A stretch of DNA of 25,856 nt, from the IMG/VR virus record IMGVR_UViG_3300032295_002880, positions 1 to 25,856 of that record, one strand, 5' to 3'. This stretch comes from a virus (taxonomy: Duplodnaviria > Caudoviricetes). Positions 1 through 8,816 of the stretch are shown in pieces. A model generated the notes under the pieces. It did not search any database. It was given only the letters and a program-made list of their open reading frames with translations, and was not told where the DNA came from. Position 1 is the stretch's first letter. Each line of letters starts with the position of its first letter. The position numbers were made by a program, and so were the translations under genes.

Positions 1-43
1 CAGAACGAAACCCGTGTTTTATCGCAACTGCATTTCTTTTCAT
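1..43 (-). CDS. 5' end of a probable T7 endonuclease I (gp3)-like Holliday junction resolvase, truncated by the window edge
   Basis: Not in the ORF track. ATG at 43-41 directly follows the TAA of the upstream gene. It translates as MKRNAVAIKHGFRS(G), resembling the FRSGLE N-terminal motif of phage endonuclease I. Only 14 codons are visible. Confidence 0.55.
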   Translation of the reverse strand, partial: MKRNAVAIKHGFRS

Positions 44-1804
44 TTATATATCCCATCTAACAATGATGTTCATATCTACGTCATCTCTCTTTTCAAGTGG
101 TGATGATAATTTTCCAATAGCAACCAAGTCGTATTTATCGTTATAAAGACCAATTGTTGTTATGTATGGGTTGAATAAAGAACTAGTTGCATAATCTTCA
201 ATAACTTGTGATTGGTTATTTTGATCTTTACGAATAGTCCAATTTTGTGTAAAGTTGAATTCGGATTTACGAATTTTACATATCACTTCATACTCATACA
301 ATGTGGTTGTACTACGGAAAGAACCTGTAAACCCATAGTTTGTTCCATCAAAATCAAAATTACCAGTTCTTCCTAAAAATGCATTCCAATATTTAGGTCT
401 TGGATCAGAAATAACAATCATTCCATGTTTATAGAATACATTTCCAACTCTAGCCGTTTGATAAGCATATCCAGTTTCGAAGTTATTATTACCAAGATAA
501 GTAATTTGTTCTGATGTCAATCCTTTATTGTATATTCGCACTTCATCGAGATAACCATTGAAACTTCCCGATAATGTACCATTACCACCGATATAGAATT
601 TATTCTCGTTTGTTGTATTACTTGTAATAGAACCGGTAACTTGTCCAGATAAAACACCATTTATCCATATTTGATAGTAACTCGAACTCTTTTGACATAC
701 TATGTGATTCCAAACGGATTCAGATACTGCACTTGATGTAATCGAAAATAGTGACGTACCTGATTTTTGAGAAAACTCAATTTTGTGTTTATTAGCACCG
801 GCTGTTTGGTTATAGATCTTAATATCAAATGGGTAGTTTGTTGCACCACCATATGTTGTTGTTAAGTCACTGTGATTCTCTACTTCAGAAATGACTTTTG
901 TTCTTCTATCTTTTACAACATAATCACGTGTTGTTTGTTTATCAAATAAACTGTTATATGGTTGTGTCAGGTTAGATTGTGTTGGTGGTATGTTTATCCA
1001 AAAACTAAAAGCAAAACTTGTTCTTCCACTGAAGTTAAAGTTATTACTTTCCTCCACTCTATAATATCCACCATTTAAGTATGAAGATACTCCACTTGAT
1101 TGTGATGTATCGGTCGTCGGTATACCAGGAAGATATGTTATTTGCTTATTTCGTATAGCTGTTACATTATTACCAAGTGGTGAACCATCTAAAACATATT
1201 CCGTTGGTTTATTCCTAAAATTATACTCTCTATACTTTTCATTGAATCCAAGATATAGATGCAATCTATCATCACCAACCATTTTTGATTCATCAAATGC
1301 AAGATCCTTCAAATTACCTTGACTATCATCAACTACGTGTATCTGTCTTGATGACGTTTGATTTACACTTGTAAAATTGACTGTGCCTCGACGAATACCT
1401 TCACCAAAAACACCCTGTGGTAATACCATAACAGAACTTGATTCTGCAAGATATGTTACCCGATTGTAGTCTGTCAGTAGTGTTGGTGTTTTATCTTTTC
1501 TATATTCCGTATAGAAGTTGTGATCGAGATAATACCAAAGCAGTTTTGGGTCAATACTTTGAGTGGTAAATACTCGTTCATATAAAGATGATGAAAGGTT
1601 TGCTACAGCACCGTAATATTTGTGATTTTCTGGATAATAAGCACGGTAAACATTTATGTCATACAACCCATAGTATGTATTTGGATCATTTGCATCGGAG
1701 GATAATTCCCACAATTTGTAAACCTCAAATGGACGAACAGTGTAGTCACCCTTTTTGAGTTTTTTCCAAATAAGACTTACAGTATTTCCTTGTTGAAATG
1801 ACAT
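44..1804 (-). CDS. Virion structural protein (paralog 5 of the array) with an inserted LamG/concanavalin A-like domain
   Basis: 586 aa. LamG hallmarks: FSFWIN, WNHIVCQK..YQIWINGV, FYIGG..FNGYLDEVRIYNKGLTSEQI. The C-terminus YITTIGLYNDKYDLVAIGKLSSPLEK is shared with the four upstream genes. Confidence 0.8.
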   Translation of the reverse strand: MSFQQGNTVSLIWKKLKKGDYTVRPFEVYKLWELSSDANDPNTYYGLYDINVYRAYYPENHKYYGAVANLSSSLYERVFTTQSIDPKLLWYYLDHNFYTEYRKDKTPTLLTDYNRVTYLAESSSVMVLPQGVFGEGIRRGTVNFTSVNQTSSRQIHVVDDSQGNLKDLAFDESKMVGDDRLHLYLGFNEKYREYNFRNKPTEYVLDGSPLGNNVTAIRNKQITYLPGIPTTDTSQSSGVSSYLNGGYYRVEESNNFNFSGRTSFAFSFWINIPPTQSNLTQPYNSLFDKQTTRDYVVKDRRTKVISEVENHSDLTTTYGGATNYPFDIKIYNQTAGANKHKIEFSQKSGTSLFSITSSAVSESVWNHIVCQKSSSYYQIWINGVLSGQVTGSITSNTTNENKFYIGGNGTLSGSFNGYLDEVRIYNKGLTSEQITYLGNNNFETGYAYQTARVGNVFYKHGMIVISDPRPKYWNAFLGRTGNFDFDGTNYGFTGSFRSTTTLYEYEVICKIRKSEFNFTQNWTIRKDQNNQSQVIEDYATSSLFNPYITTIGLYNDKYDLVAIGKLSSPLEKRDDVDMNIIVRWDI

Positions 1805-1805
1805 A

Positions 1806-3977
1806 TTAGTTCAATCTCACTACTACTTCAAATGTGCAAATTTTGCCTTCTGTTTTTAGCACAGGGTTTCTCAATTTCCCCACAGCCAATAATTCTTTTT
1901 TTCTATTATATAACCCGATTGTTGTTATGTATGAACTTGGACGGTTTTTGAAGTAATCATATTTCAATGCACCGATACTACCACTTACATATGTATAATT
2001 AGTTGACATATTGAATTCAGTTGGTTCTGCACGGCAGAAATAAGTTTCAGTCAGAAATGTTTCAAAAGATCTAGCAAAAAACGAACTACTTGGTCTATAT
2101 AAATTAGGAACAGCTGCACCACTTATTGCTAAAAATAATCTTCTTGAATTTTGGCCATCTATTGAACTTGTTACTGTGTTGAATGAACAAGATTGGTCTA
2201 ACACAACACCATCTAAAACAATCAACCCCATCTTAGGAAATACGATTCCCCACGCATCATCTTCTGATTCGTTATAAACCCCATCTCGTAAAGAACCAGA
2301 CGTTACATAATAATACTCCTGTATTCCTTCGTTTGTAACTATTTCTTGTTTTGAATCTTTACTCTCATCAATTAGTGTAAATAACTTGTTTGAAGTTCCA
2401 TGTGTTTGATTTCCACTCGATGATAACTCACATAAAGCTATTTCAAAATTACCAGCATCAAGTTTTTCTTTGTATTGTGTTCTATCTAACTGAATAACGT
2501 AGAAATAATCTCCGTTTTTACCGTTTTTAAATGGAAACTTTCCATTAGTGTGTCCAAAACATTCCAACATATATTTACGGTACATTGTTTTTGCGGGATA
2601 AAAATCTATTTCACCCTCAACATAACTTGACCCCGAACCTGAAATATGACAGTATGTGACATCAAATTGATGATACGAATCAGTTGTTTCCGGTCTTTCA
2701 TTGAAAACACTAAGATAATACTTACTTTGTTTTTCAGTAAGTGAACTTGTATAATAAGTAGATAGTTTTTCACCAGTACATTTGAATAGACCCTTTGTCT
2801 TATACCGTACAGTTGGTAAATCATAATCCGCAATCTTTGAGACTTTCTTGAAAACATAAACATTGTTATCATCTGTTTCCAAATCTTCAATTATTTCATC
2901 TATAAAATCATCAAAGCTGTCAAAGTCTCTGTCAATATTATCTTGTAAAACAACAACAGGTGGTGGATCTTGGACTACACGTGGTAAAATTACAATATCT
3001 CCATTTGAATCTGTTGTATATCGTTCTGGTTCATCTATTGCAAAACCAACATCGTTTAATTGACGAAGCCTATCTAGTAAGTAATTTCTAACAAGTCGTA
3101 AATAAACTTGTTCGACTCTGATACTTCTCATTGCACTAAATTGACTTCTGAATGTATCCCCTGGATTATTCAAAGTTTGTTCTAAAAACAATTCGCGTTC
3201 TTTGACCAATCTTAAACTTGCATTTATTTCTTCGTTCGTACTAGATAGAAGAACTTGGTCTATATTTTCTATAGGCACATCTGTGTTTAGTAGTTCCAAT
3301 TGACTTTCAAATTTTTGAATTGCAATTCTTTCGATTTGATCTTCATTTATTGCAGGATCAAACGTGCCATTTCCAAAAATTGGGGGTGGTGGTAATATTG
3401 ATGGTTGAAATTCACCTAATACCACCGGTGCCAGTTGAGGTGGTGTGGCTATGTTGAAACCTTCTTGTTGTAATCCTGCGAAGTAATTTACAAGTTGGTC
3501 TTGATATACACTACTGATCAATATAACGTACTTTGCAAATAAAACTGTACTCAGGTCATTATAGATATACTTCACATTATTTTGGTCTGATGTATCAAAA
3601 GACCAATTTTCTTGTATAGGCAATGAACTAGCATTTATACTTTGTGTCAAAGCACGTCTATTATATCGAAATAGAACTGTTTGATTTTGTAAAAACTGCT
3701 TATCTATTTTGGTATAGATTGAAATATCATCAACTTCAGTTGACGGCAACTTTCCAAACTCATAATAAAATTCAGAGTCTGGAAGTTGTTGGTTTAGTCT
3801 AACAATATCTATATCTTCTTTTGTAGTAAAAAATATAGATTGTCTTCTTGAAGTTTCTATTGTATTTGGAACGTTGGTTATTTCAACTGTTTTACCAACG
3901 TTTAGTGGTGAATCATATCCACCACGCCACAAAGAACCTATAAAGCCAACTTCCTTGATTTCATATTCAGCTGCCAT
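1806..3977 (-). CDS. Virion structural protein (paralog 4) with a unique helical/acidic N-terminal extension
   Basis: 723 aa. The C-terminal ~350 aa carries the array module: TKGLF, YCHISGSGS, PAKTMYRKY, LDAGNFEI, LIDES, WGIVFPKMG, YITTIGLYN..LLAVGKL. Confidence 0.75.
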   Translation of the reverse strand: MAAEYEIKEVGFIGSLWRGGYDSPLNVGKTVEITNVPNTIETSRRQSIFFTTKEDIDIVRLNQQLPDSEFYYEFGKLPSTEVDDISIYTKIDKQFLQNQTVLFRYNRRALTQSINASSLPIQENWSFDTSDQNNVKYIYNDLSTVLFAKYVILISSVYQDQLVNYFAGLQQEGFNIATPPQLAPVVLGEFQPSILPPPPIFGNGTFDPAINEDQIERIAIQKFESQLELLNTDVPIENIDQVLLSSTNEEINASLRLVKERELFLEQTLNNPGDTFRSQFSAMRSIRVEQVYLRLVRNYLLDRLRQLNDVGFAIDEPERYTTDSNGDIVILPRVVQDPPPVVVLQDNIDRDFDSFDDFIDEIIEDLETDDNNVYVFKKVSKIADYDLPTVRYKTKGLFKCTGEKLSTYYTSSLTEKQSKYYLSVFNERPETTDSYHQFDVTYCHISGSGSSYVEGEIDFYPAKTMYRKYMLECFGHTNGKFPFKNGKNGDYFYVIQLDRTQYKEKLDAGNFEIALCELSSSGNQTHGTSNKLFTLIDESKDSKQEIVTNEGIQEYYYVTSGSLRDGVYNESEDDAWGIVFPKMGLIVLDGVVLDQSCSFNTVTSSIDGQNSRRLFLAISGAAVPNLYRPSSSFFARSFETFLTETYFCRAEPTEFNMSTNYTYVSGSIGALKYDYFKNRPSSYITTIGLYNRKKELLAVGKLRNPVLKTEGKICTFEVVVRLN

Positions 3978-3978
3978 A

Positions 3979-6585
3979 TCACCAGTTCAATCTGATTTTT
4001 ACTAGAACATCATTATCAAATGACTTGTTTATAGGCTTACTTAGTTTTGCAACAGCAAGTAGTTGATTGAAGTCATCATACAATCCAATGGTTGTTATGT
4101 ATGTCTGTGGATTTTGGTCAAAACATGGATGTAAAAACTCACCACTACTACCACTTATATATGTTGGATTGTTACTGAAGTTTGCCAATGGCGATGATAC
4201 TCGAACGAAGTAGTGATTTGTTGTCTTGTATTGTACGTTACGAGCTTTCATGTAATTTCCGCGAGTACCAGAACCACTTATAGATGTAAACAACTTGAAG
4301 GCATTATCACCGGCAACATTACTTCCACTAACAGTGTTGAAACCAAGTTCTGTGTTTAGTTTATATGGATCCAATACAATTACACCAAGATTAGGATAAA
4401 CAACACCATACGTGTGTTTAGTTGCAGTTGCAAATTCCCCGGCATTCAAACTACCACTAACAATATCATATGATACATATGGGTCGTGTGTACATGATAT
4501 ACTGTCAGATCTATCACCAGAGTCATCTATAAATGTCAATACTTTGTTTGAAGACGATACTGCAACATTACTACCAGTAAAGACATTATTTGCATATGAA
4601 CCACCTCTCAATTCAGCAAGAGCAAGTTCCCAGTTACCTGGATCAACTCTATCACTCATACCTGTTCTTGAGAAGTTTATTACATAAACGTCTTTTGAAG
4701 ATGTTGCAACACCATTTGTATAAAATACAAACTGTGTCTGTGGCATATCAAGTGCCATCAATCTATACTGTGAATATACTGCCCGAGTTGGTGTATCATT
4801 TAGTTCGCCTTCAGACCATGTTGAGCCAGATCCCACATTATGCCCATATGCTACAGCAAAGTACGGTGTTTTACCACAAGAGTCACAATCAGTTACTTCA
4901 TAGTAATGATTCTTTGAAGCAGTTGGTTGTGTTGAACTTGTGTGATGGCACTCTAATGTTTGTGCTCCATCAAAAAGACCCTTTGTTCTTGCACGAATCT
5001 TTGCAGTCATCACATCTTTACCTAAATCAAGCGGGTGATAAACCTTTACAGTTTCTTGTGCACAATCCGCATCTTGTTTTCTGAAATATCGTACAAATGC
5101 ACCCTGAAGATAAAGTTCTCGTCTACCGTCAGCGTATATCTTATAAACATCCTTCTTTATGACACCCAAACATGGATCACCAAAAACATCTTCTGGTGCC
5201 AATTCTTTCTCTTCTAGTCTAAATTCACAATTAGGATCTACTATTTCACCAACATACTCAACCCCACGGCTTCCTTCAATTACAGTTGGAACAGGACGTG
5301 GATTGTCATATCTTATGATTATAGTTCTTGATTCATCAGCATATACTGGTATTCCATAATCATCAGTCACATCTTGCACTTCCACAAAGTTTGCTGGTTT
5401 TGCAAGTCTACATGGTTTAGTTGGATGTTTCTGAAATGGAGTTGAGCTAAGTGTATTTTCAACTGGAGTATCATAAACTCTACGAGTACCTACAATTCTT
5501 CGTGTACCCGGAATAAGAATTGGTTCCAATCCAAAAAATGGACCACGGGGAGTTGGTGGTTGTACAGGTGGTCTTGGTATAAATGATTGTGATGTTATAC
5601 AGTAATCAGGTTGCTTTCCTAAATTACAAGTTTTTGCCCAATAATCAGCAACAATATTTATATCACTTTTTGGTTGTGGTAATCCAGGTCTTACAGATTG
5701 AGTTGGATCTTGTAAGTTAGCAACTACAGCGGCAATATCAATTGTTCCAGTAGATGAGGTATCTGAAAGTATAACGGTTTCACCATTTGCCGTAGTTTGT
5801 TTTCCAAATCTTGGTAAGCTCTTTATACCAGGTGAGTTCAGTTCAATAATTGCCTGTCTTAGTTTTGTAGTTGTTATTCTTGTTCCTTCTGTTCTTCTAG
5901 TCCCAACTACACCATTTTCAACAGCACTTGTATCAGTTTCATTTATAGTTTCTACATATGATGATATATCAATATATCCTAATAATTCAGGAGTATATGA
6001 GAAAGAACTTACATTGTTAGAATCAACTCCAAACAATCTGGCATTACCCGATGGATAACATGTTCTATAAATTGGAAGTAATACTCTACATCCAGTTTGC
6101 CCAGGTGTTTTTGAAAATTCAGGACAACCGAATGAATATCTATAATCGCAAGTTGGTTCATTATTCACTATGACAGGTGGTGGTGGAGGAACTGGTGGGA
6201 TCGGTGGGAGTGTTATATTGTTTCGACCGCCACGTAAGTCAGTACTTCCCAATTGAGTTCCCAAATCTGGATTTGTTCTTCCGCCAATACTAGCACCAGC
6301 CGGTGGAGTTGTTACAATACCACCACGTTGAGCTTCAACACTAACACGACTTCTGTCAAGAACACCAGTCCCAGCATTAAATGTTGATGGGTCTACGAAT
6401 GTCAATGATTGTCCTTGAATAGCACTTCTAAGAGCTACTGATTCAGATTCTGCAAGTGATTGTTCTGGTGGTTTTCCGAATATTTGAACAAATTCTTGTC
6501 CTATGAGTTGAGCGTCACGAGTCAACCCTCGGTTCAACCTGTCAAAATATGCTTCTCTAAGCGTAAGTTCCGAATTTGTTGCCAT
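3979..6585 (-). CDS. Virion structural protein (paralog 3) with a Pro-rich, Cys-containing N-terminal extension
   Basis: 868 aa. C-terminal module: TKGLF, FAVAYGHNVGSGS, PTRAVYSQYR, VDPGNWEL, FIDDS, YGVVYP, FKLFTSISG, YITTIGLYDD..LLAVAKLSKP. The N-terminal ~510 aa includes PPIPPVPPPPP. Confidence 0.75.
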   Translation of the reverse strand: MATNSELTLREAYFDRLNRGLTRDAQLIGQEFVQIFGKPPEQSLAESESVALRSAIQGQSLTFVDPSTFNAGTGVLDRSRVSVEAQRGGIVTTPPAGASIGGRTNPDLGTQLGSTDLRGGRNNITLPPIPPVPPPPPVIVNNEPTCDYRYSFGCPEFSKTPGQTGCRVLLPIYRTCYPSGNARLFGVDSNNVSSFSYTPELLGYIDISSYVETINETDTSAVENGVVGTRRTEGTRITTTKLRQAIIELNSPGIKSLPRFGKQTTANGETVILSDTSSTGTIDIAAVVANLQDPTQSVRPGLPQPKSDINIVADYWAKTCNLGKQPDYCITSQSFIPRPPVQPPTPRGPFFGLEPILIPGTRRIVGTRRVYDTPVENTLSSTPFQKHPTKPCRLAKPANFVEVQDVTDDYGIPVYADESRTIIIRYDNPRPVPTVIEGSRGVEYVGEIVDPNCEFRLEEKELAPEDVFGDPCLGVIKKDVYKIYADGRRELYLQGAFVRYFRKQDADCAQETVKVYHPLDLGKDVMTAKIRARTKGLFDGAQTLECHHTSSTQPTASKNHYYEVTDCDSCGKTPYFAVAYGHNVGSGSTWSEGELNDTPTRAVYSQYRLMALDMPQTQFVFYTNGVATSSKDVYVINFSRTGMSDRVDPGNWELALAELRGGSYANNVFTGSNVAVSSSNKVLTFIDDSGDRSDSISCTHDPYVSYDIVSGSLNAGEFATATKHTYGVVYPNLGVIVLDPYKLNTELGFNTVSGSNVAGDNAFKLFTSISGSGTRGNYMKARNVQYKTTNHYFVRVSSPLANFSNNPTYISGSSGEFLHPCFDQNPQTYITTIGLYDDFNQLLAVAKLSKPINKSFDNDVLVKIRLNW

Positions 6586-6595
6586 ATGTTTTATC

Positions 6596-7660
6596 TCAAT
6601 AGTCTAATTTAACTTTTATAACCAGCTCTCTATCAAACGATTTTTTCACTGACTTGCTCAATTTTGCAACTGCCAGTAATTCTTGATTATCATCATATAA
6701 TCCAACTGTAGTTACATATACCTGTGGATCTCTCACCATAGAATCATACTTAATTACACCGGAACTTCCACTTATAAAGCTATCATTCGTTGTGTAGTTA
6801 TACTCACCGTTGAACATTCTAACAAAGTAGTACGTTGAAGACATTACTTCACTCGTTCTACCTTGAAAACCTCTTGTTGTATTCGAAGCCATAGCACCAC
6901 TAATAGACGTAAATAACTTGAAAGCATTATCGAATCCGCTACCAGTTGCCGGAACTCGTTGTGTATTGAATGATGCAGAGGCATCTAGCGCCCGGCCATT
7001 CAAAATAAGCACACCTCTATCTGGATAGAAAAGTCCCCACGGTGTAGTATCTGATGTATAAATTCCATTTGTAATGGAACCACTTCTAACATTATAAACG
7101 CGGCCGCCCAGCTGAGCTAAATCAGTTGTGGAGGCAGTTGAATCATCAATCAGTGTTATGTAGTTATTACCTGATCCGGAAATTGTTAGTTGCCATGTCT
7201 TTGTGTCCATTCTATCTTTGAATCTTGCACGATTCACATTGACAGCATAGATATACTGTGAAGTTTCTCCATTAGCAAAAGTGAATAGTGTATCACCTGC
7301 ATTCAACAGCATTTGTCTATATTGAGAATACACCGCTTTTGTTGGATAGTCATACAAATTCTGTGTTGCAGATCCTGTTGAAGAACCACTACCTACCGAA
7401 TCACCATATGCAATACTAAATTGAGATTCGGCACCTTGTAAATTAGATTGACTATTATAAACTTCATAATAGTATCTCTTTTGATTTGTAGATTGTGCAG
7501 AGCTAGTATATATAGCGGTCAAAGATGCTTGGCTTTTAGACCATAGAGGGGCTGATACGATTTCTTTTTGATTTGCTGCAATATCAGTATCCTCTACAAA
7601 CGGTGTAAAGGTTTTTCCATTTCTAAGACTCTTGCGTATTAGGATTTGTTCTTGTGTCAT
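6596..7660 (-). CDS. Virion structural protein (paralog 2), core module only; probable baseplate or fibre-attachment component
   Basis: 354 aa. Motifs FSIAYGDSVGSGS, PTKAVYSQYR, LIDDS, WGLFYP, FKLFTSISG, YVTTVGLYDD..LLAVAKLSK. Lies downstream of the baseplate wedge genes. Confidence 0.75.
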   Translation of the reverse strand: MTQEQILIRKSLRNGKTFTPFVEDTDIAANQKEIVSAPLWSKSQASLTAIYTSSAQSTNQKRYYYEVYNSQSNLQGAESQFSIAYGDSVGSGSSTGSATQNLYDYPTKAVYSQYRQMLLNAGDTLFTFANGETSQYIYAVNVNRARFKDRMDTKTWQLTISGSGNNYITLIDDSTASTTDLAQLGGRVYNVRSGSITNGIYTSDTTPWGLFYPDRGVLILNGRALDASASFNTQRVPATGSGFDNAFKLFTSISGAMASNTTRGFQGRTSEVMSSTYYFVRMFNGEYNYTTNDSFISGSSGVIKYDSMVRDPQVYVTTVGLYDDNQELLAVAKLSKSVKKSFDRELVIKVKLDY

Positions 7661-7665
7661 AACTT

Positions 7666-8772
7666 TTAGTACTCTAATTTCACAGTAACTGATAATTCAC
7701 TATTGAATGATTTTTGAAGTGGTTTACTCATTTTTGCGATTGCCAATAGATCACCACTATCATTGTATAATCCAATGGATGTAATATAAGTAATCGGTTC
7801 GGTTGTAAACCTATTATTTGCAACTACACTTGAGCTACCACTCACATATGTTGGATTATTACTATAATTGAAATCAGAATTTGATATTCTAACAAAGTAA
7901 AAATCTTGTTGTTTTACGTCTACCGCACGTGCAGTAAATCCAAATGTTTTAGTAGCAGAGCCACTTATAGAAGTGAACAATTTGAATGAGTTATCCCCAG
8001 CAGAGTTACTTCCAGTTACAGTATTGAAAGAAGCTGAAAGATTGAGTGTTTCAGCTGACAATATAATTGTTCCTAAATCTGCATAAACCAAACCATAATA
8101 ATGAGGAGCTGATGGATTGTGAATTCCATCTGCCAAACTACCACTGACAAGATTTCTTACAGGAGACGGAATTCCATTATATCCAAGTGAATCCGTTTTA
8201 TCAACAGAATCATCAATCAATTTGATTATCTTTGGATTTGAACCCGAAACTTGAACGAGACTTCCTGTGTGTGATGAATTTATTTTACCACTACCACTTA
8301 GTTCTGATAAACAAAGTTCAAAATTACCCAAATCTATTTTATCACCAACTTTACTACGATTGAAATTTATGGTATAAAAATCATAAAGTGTAGTTGAATT
8401 TGCATCACCCAAACTAAACAAAGTTTGTGTTGGTTCTAAACAAAGTAATCTATATTGTGAATATATAGCCTTTGTTGGTGTATCACCGGCTTCGCCACCT
8501 TGTGACAAAGAACCAGAACCAGCATAATGTCCATATGCAACTGAAAAAACTTGTGCATCTTCACAGTCTAACGAAGCAGAACTCCACACCGCGTAATAAT
8601 ATTCACGTGAAGAAGTTGTTTGTGTTGAACTTGTAAAGAATGTCAATAATTCACCCGTACCGGATGACCAAAGACCACGAGTCTCTATTACCTTTTCGGC
8701 AGAAGTCATTGGTATACCGTCTTGATCCAATGGTCTTTGAACACTTCTAAAAATTCTTGTATTAGTCGCCAT
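7666..8772 (-). CDS. Virion structural protein (paralog 1), core module only; probable baseplate or fibre-attachment component
   Basis: 368 aa. Motifs TRGLW, FSVAYGHYAGSGS, PTKAIYSQYR, IDLGNFEL, LIDDS, YGLVYA, FKLFTSISG, YITSIGLYND..LLAIAKMSKP. Confidence 0.75.
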   Translation of the reverse strand: MATNTRIFRSVQRPLDQDGIPMTSAEKVIETRGLWSSGTGELLTFFTSSTQTTSSREYYYAVWSSASLDCEDAQVFSVAYGHYAGSGSLSQGGEAGDTPTKAIYSQYRLLCLEPTQTLFSLGDANSTTLYDFYTINFNRSKVGDKIDLGNFELCLSELSGSGKINSSHTGSLVQVSGSNPKIIKLIDDSVDKTDSLGYNGIPSPVRNLVSGSLADGIHNPSAPHYYGLVYADLGTIILSAETLNLSASFNTVTGSNSAGDNSFKLFTSISGSATKTFGFTARAVDVKQQDFYFVRISNSDFNYSNNPTYVSGSSSVVANNRFTTEPITYITSIGLYNDSGDLLAIAKMSKPLQKSFNSELSVTVKLEY

Positions 8773-8816
8773 ATTTAGTATCCCTATCGTTTAGTTGAAA
8801 CTACAACATTCATTAG

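Noticed and set aside
44-8772. Paralog C-termini as DGR variable/template repeats or invertible cassettes
   Set aside because: Similarity is mainly at protein level with only short nucleotide matches. I see no adenine-specific near-identical pair, reverse transcriptase, invertase or flanking inverted repeats.
8773-8816. Possible hairpin or terminator, and a CTAAATA promoter-like element, in this intergenic gap
   Set aside because: The stem is only 4-5 bp with no U-tract, and CTAAATA is a single occurrence abutting the ATG; too weak to call.
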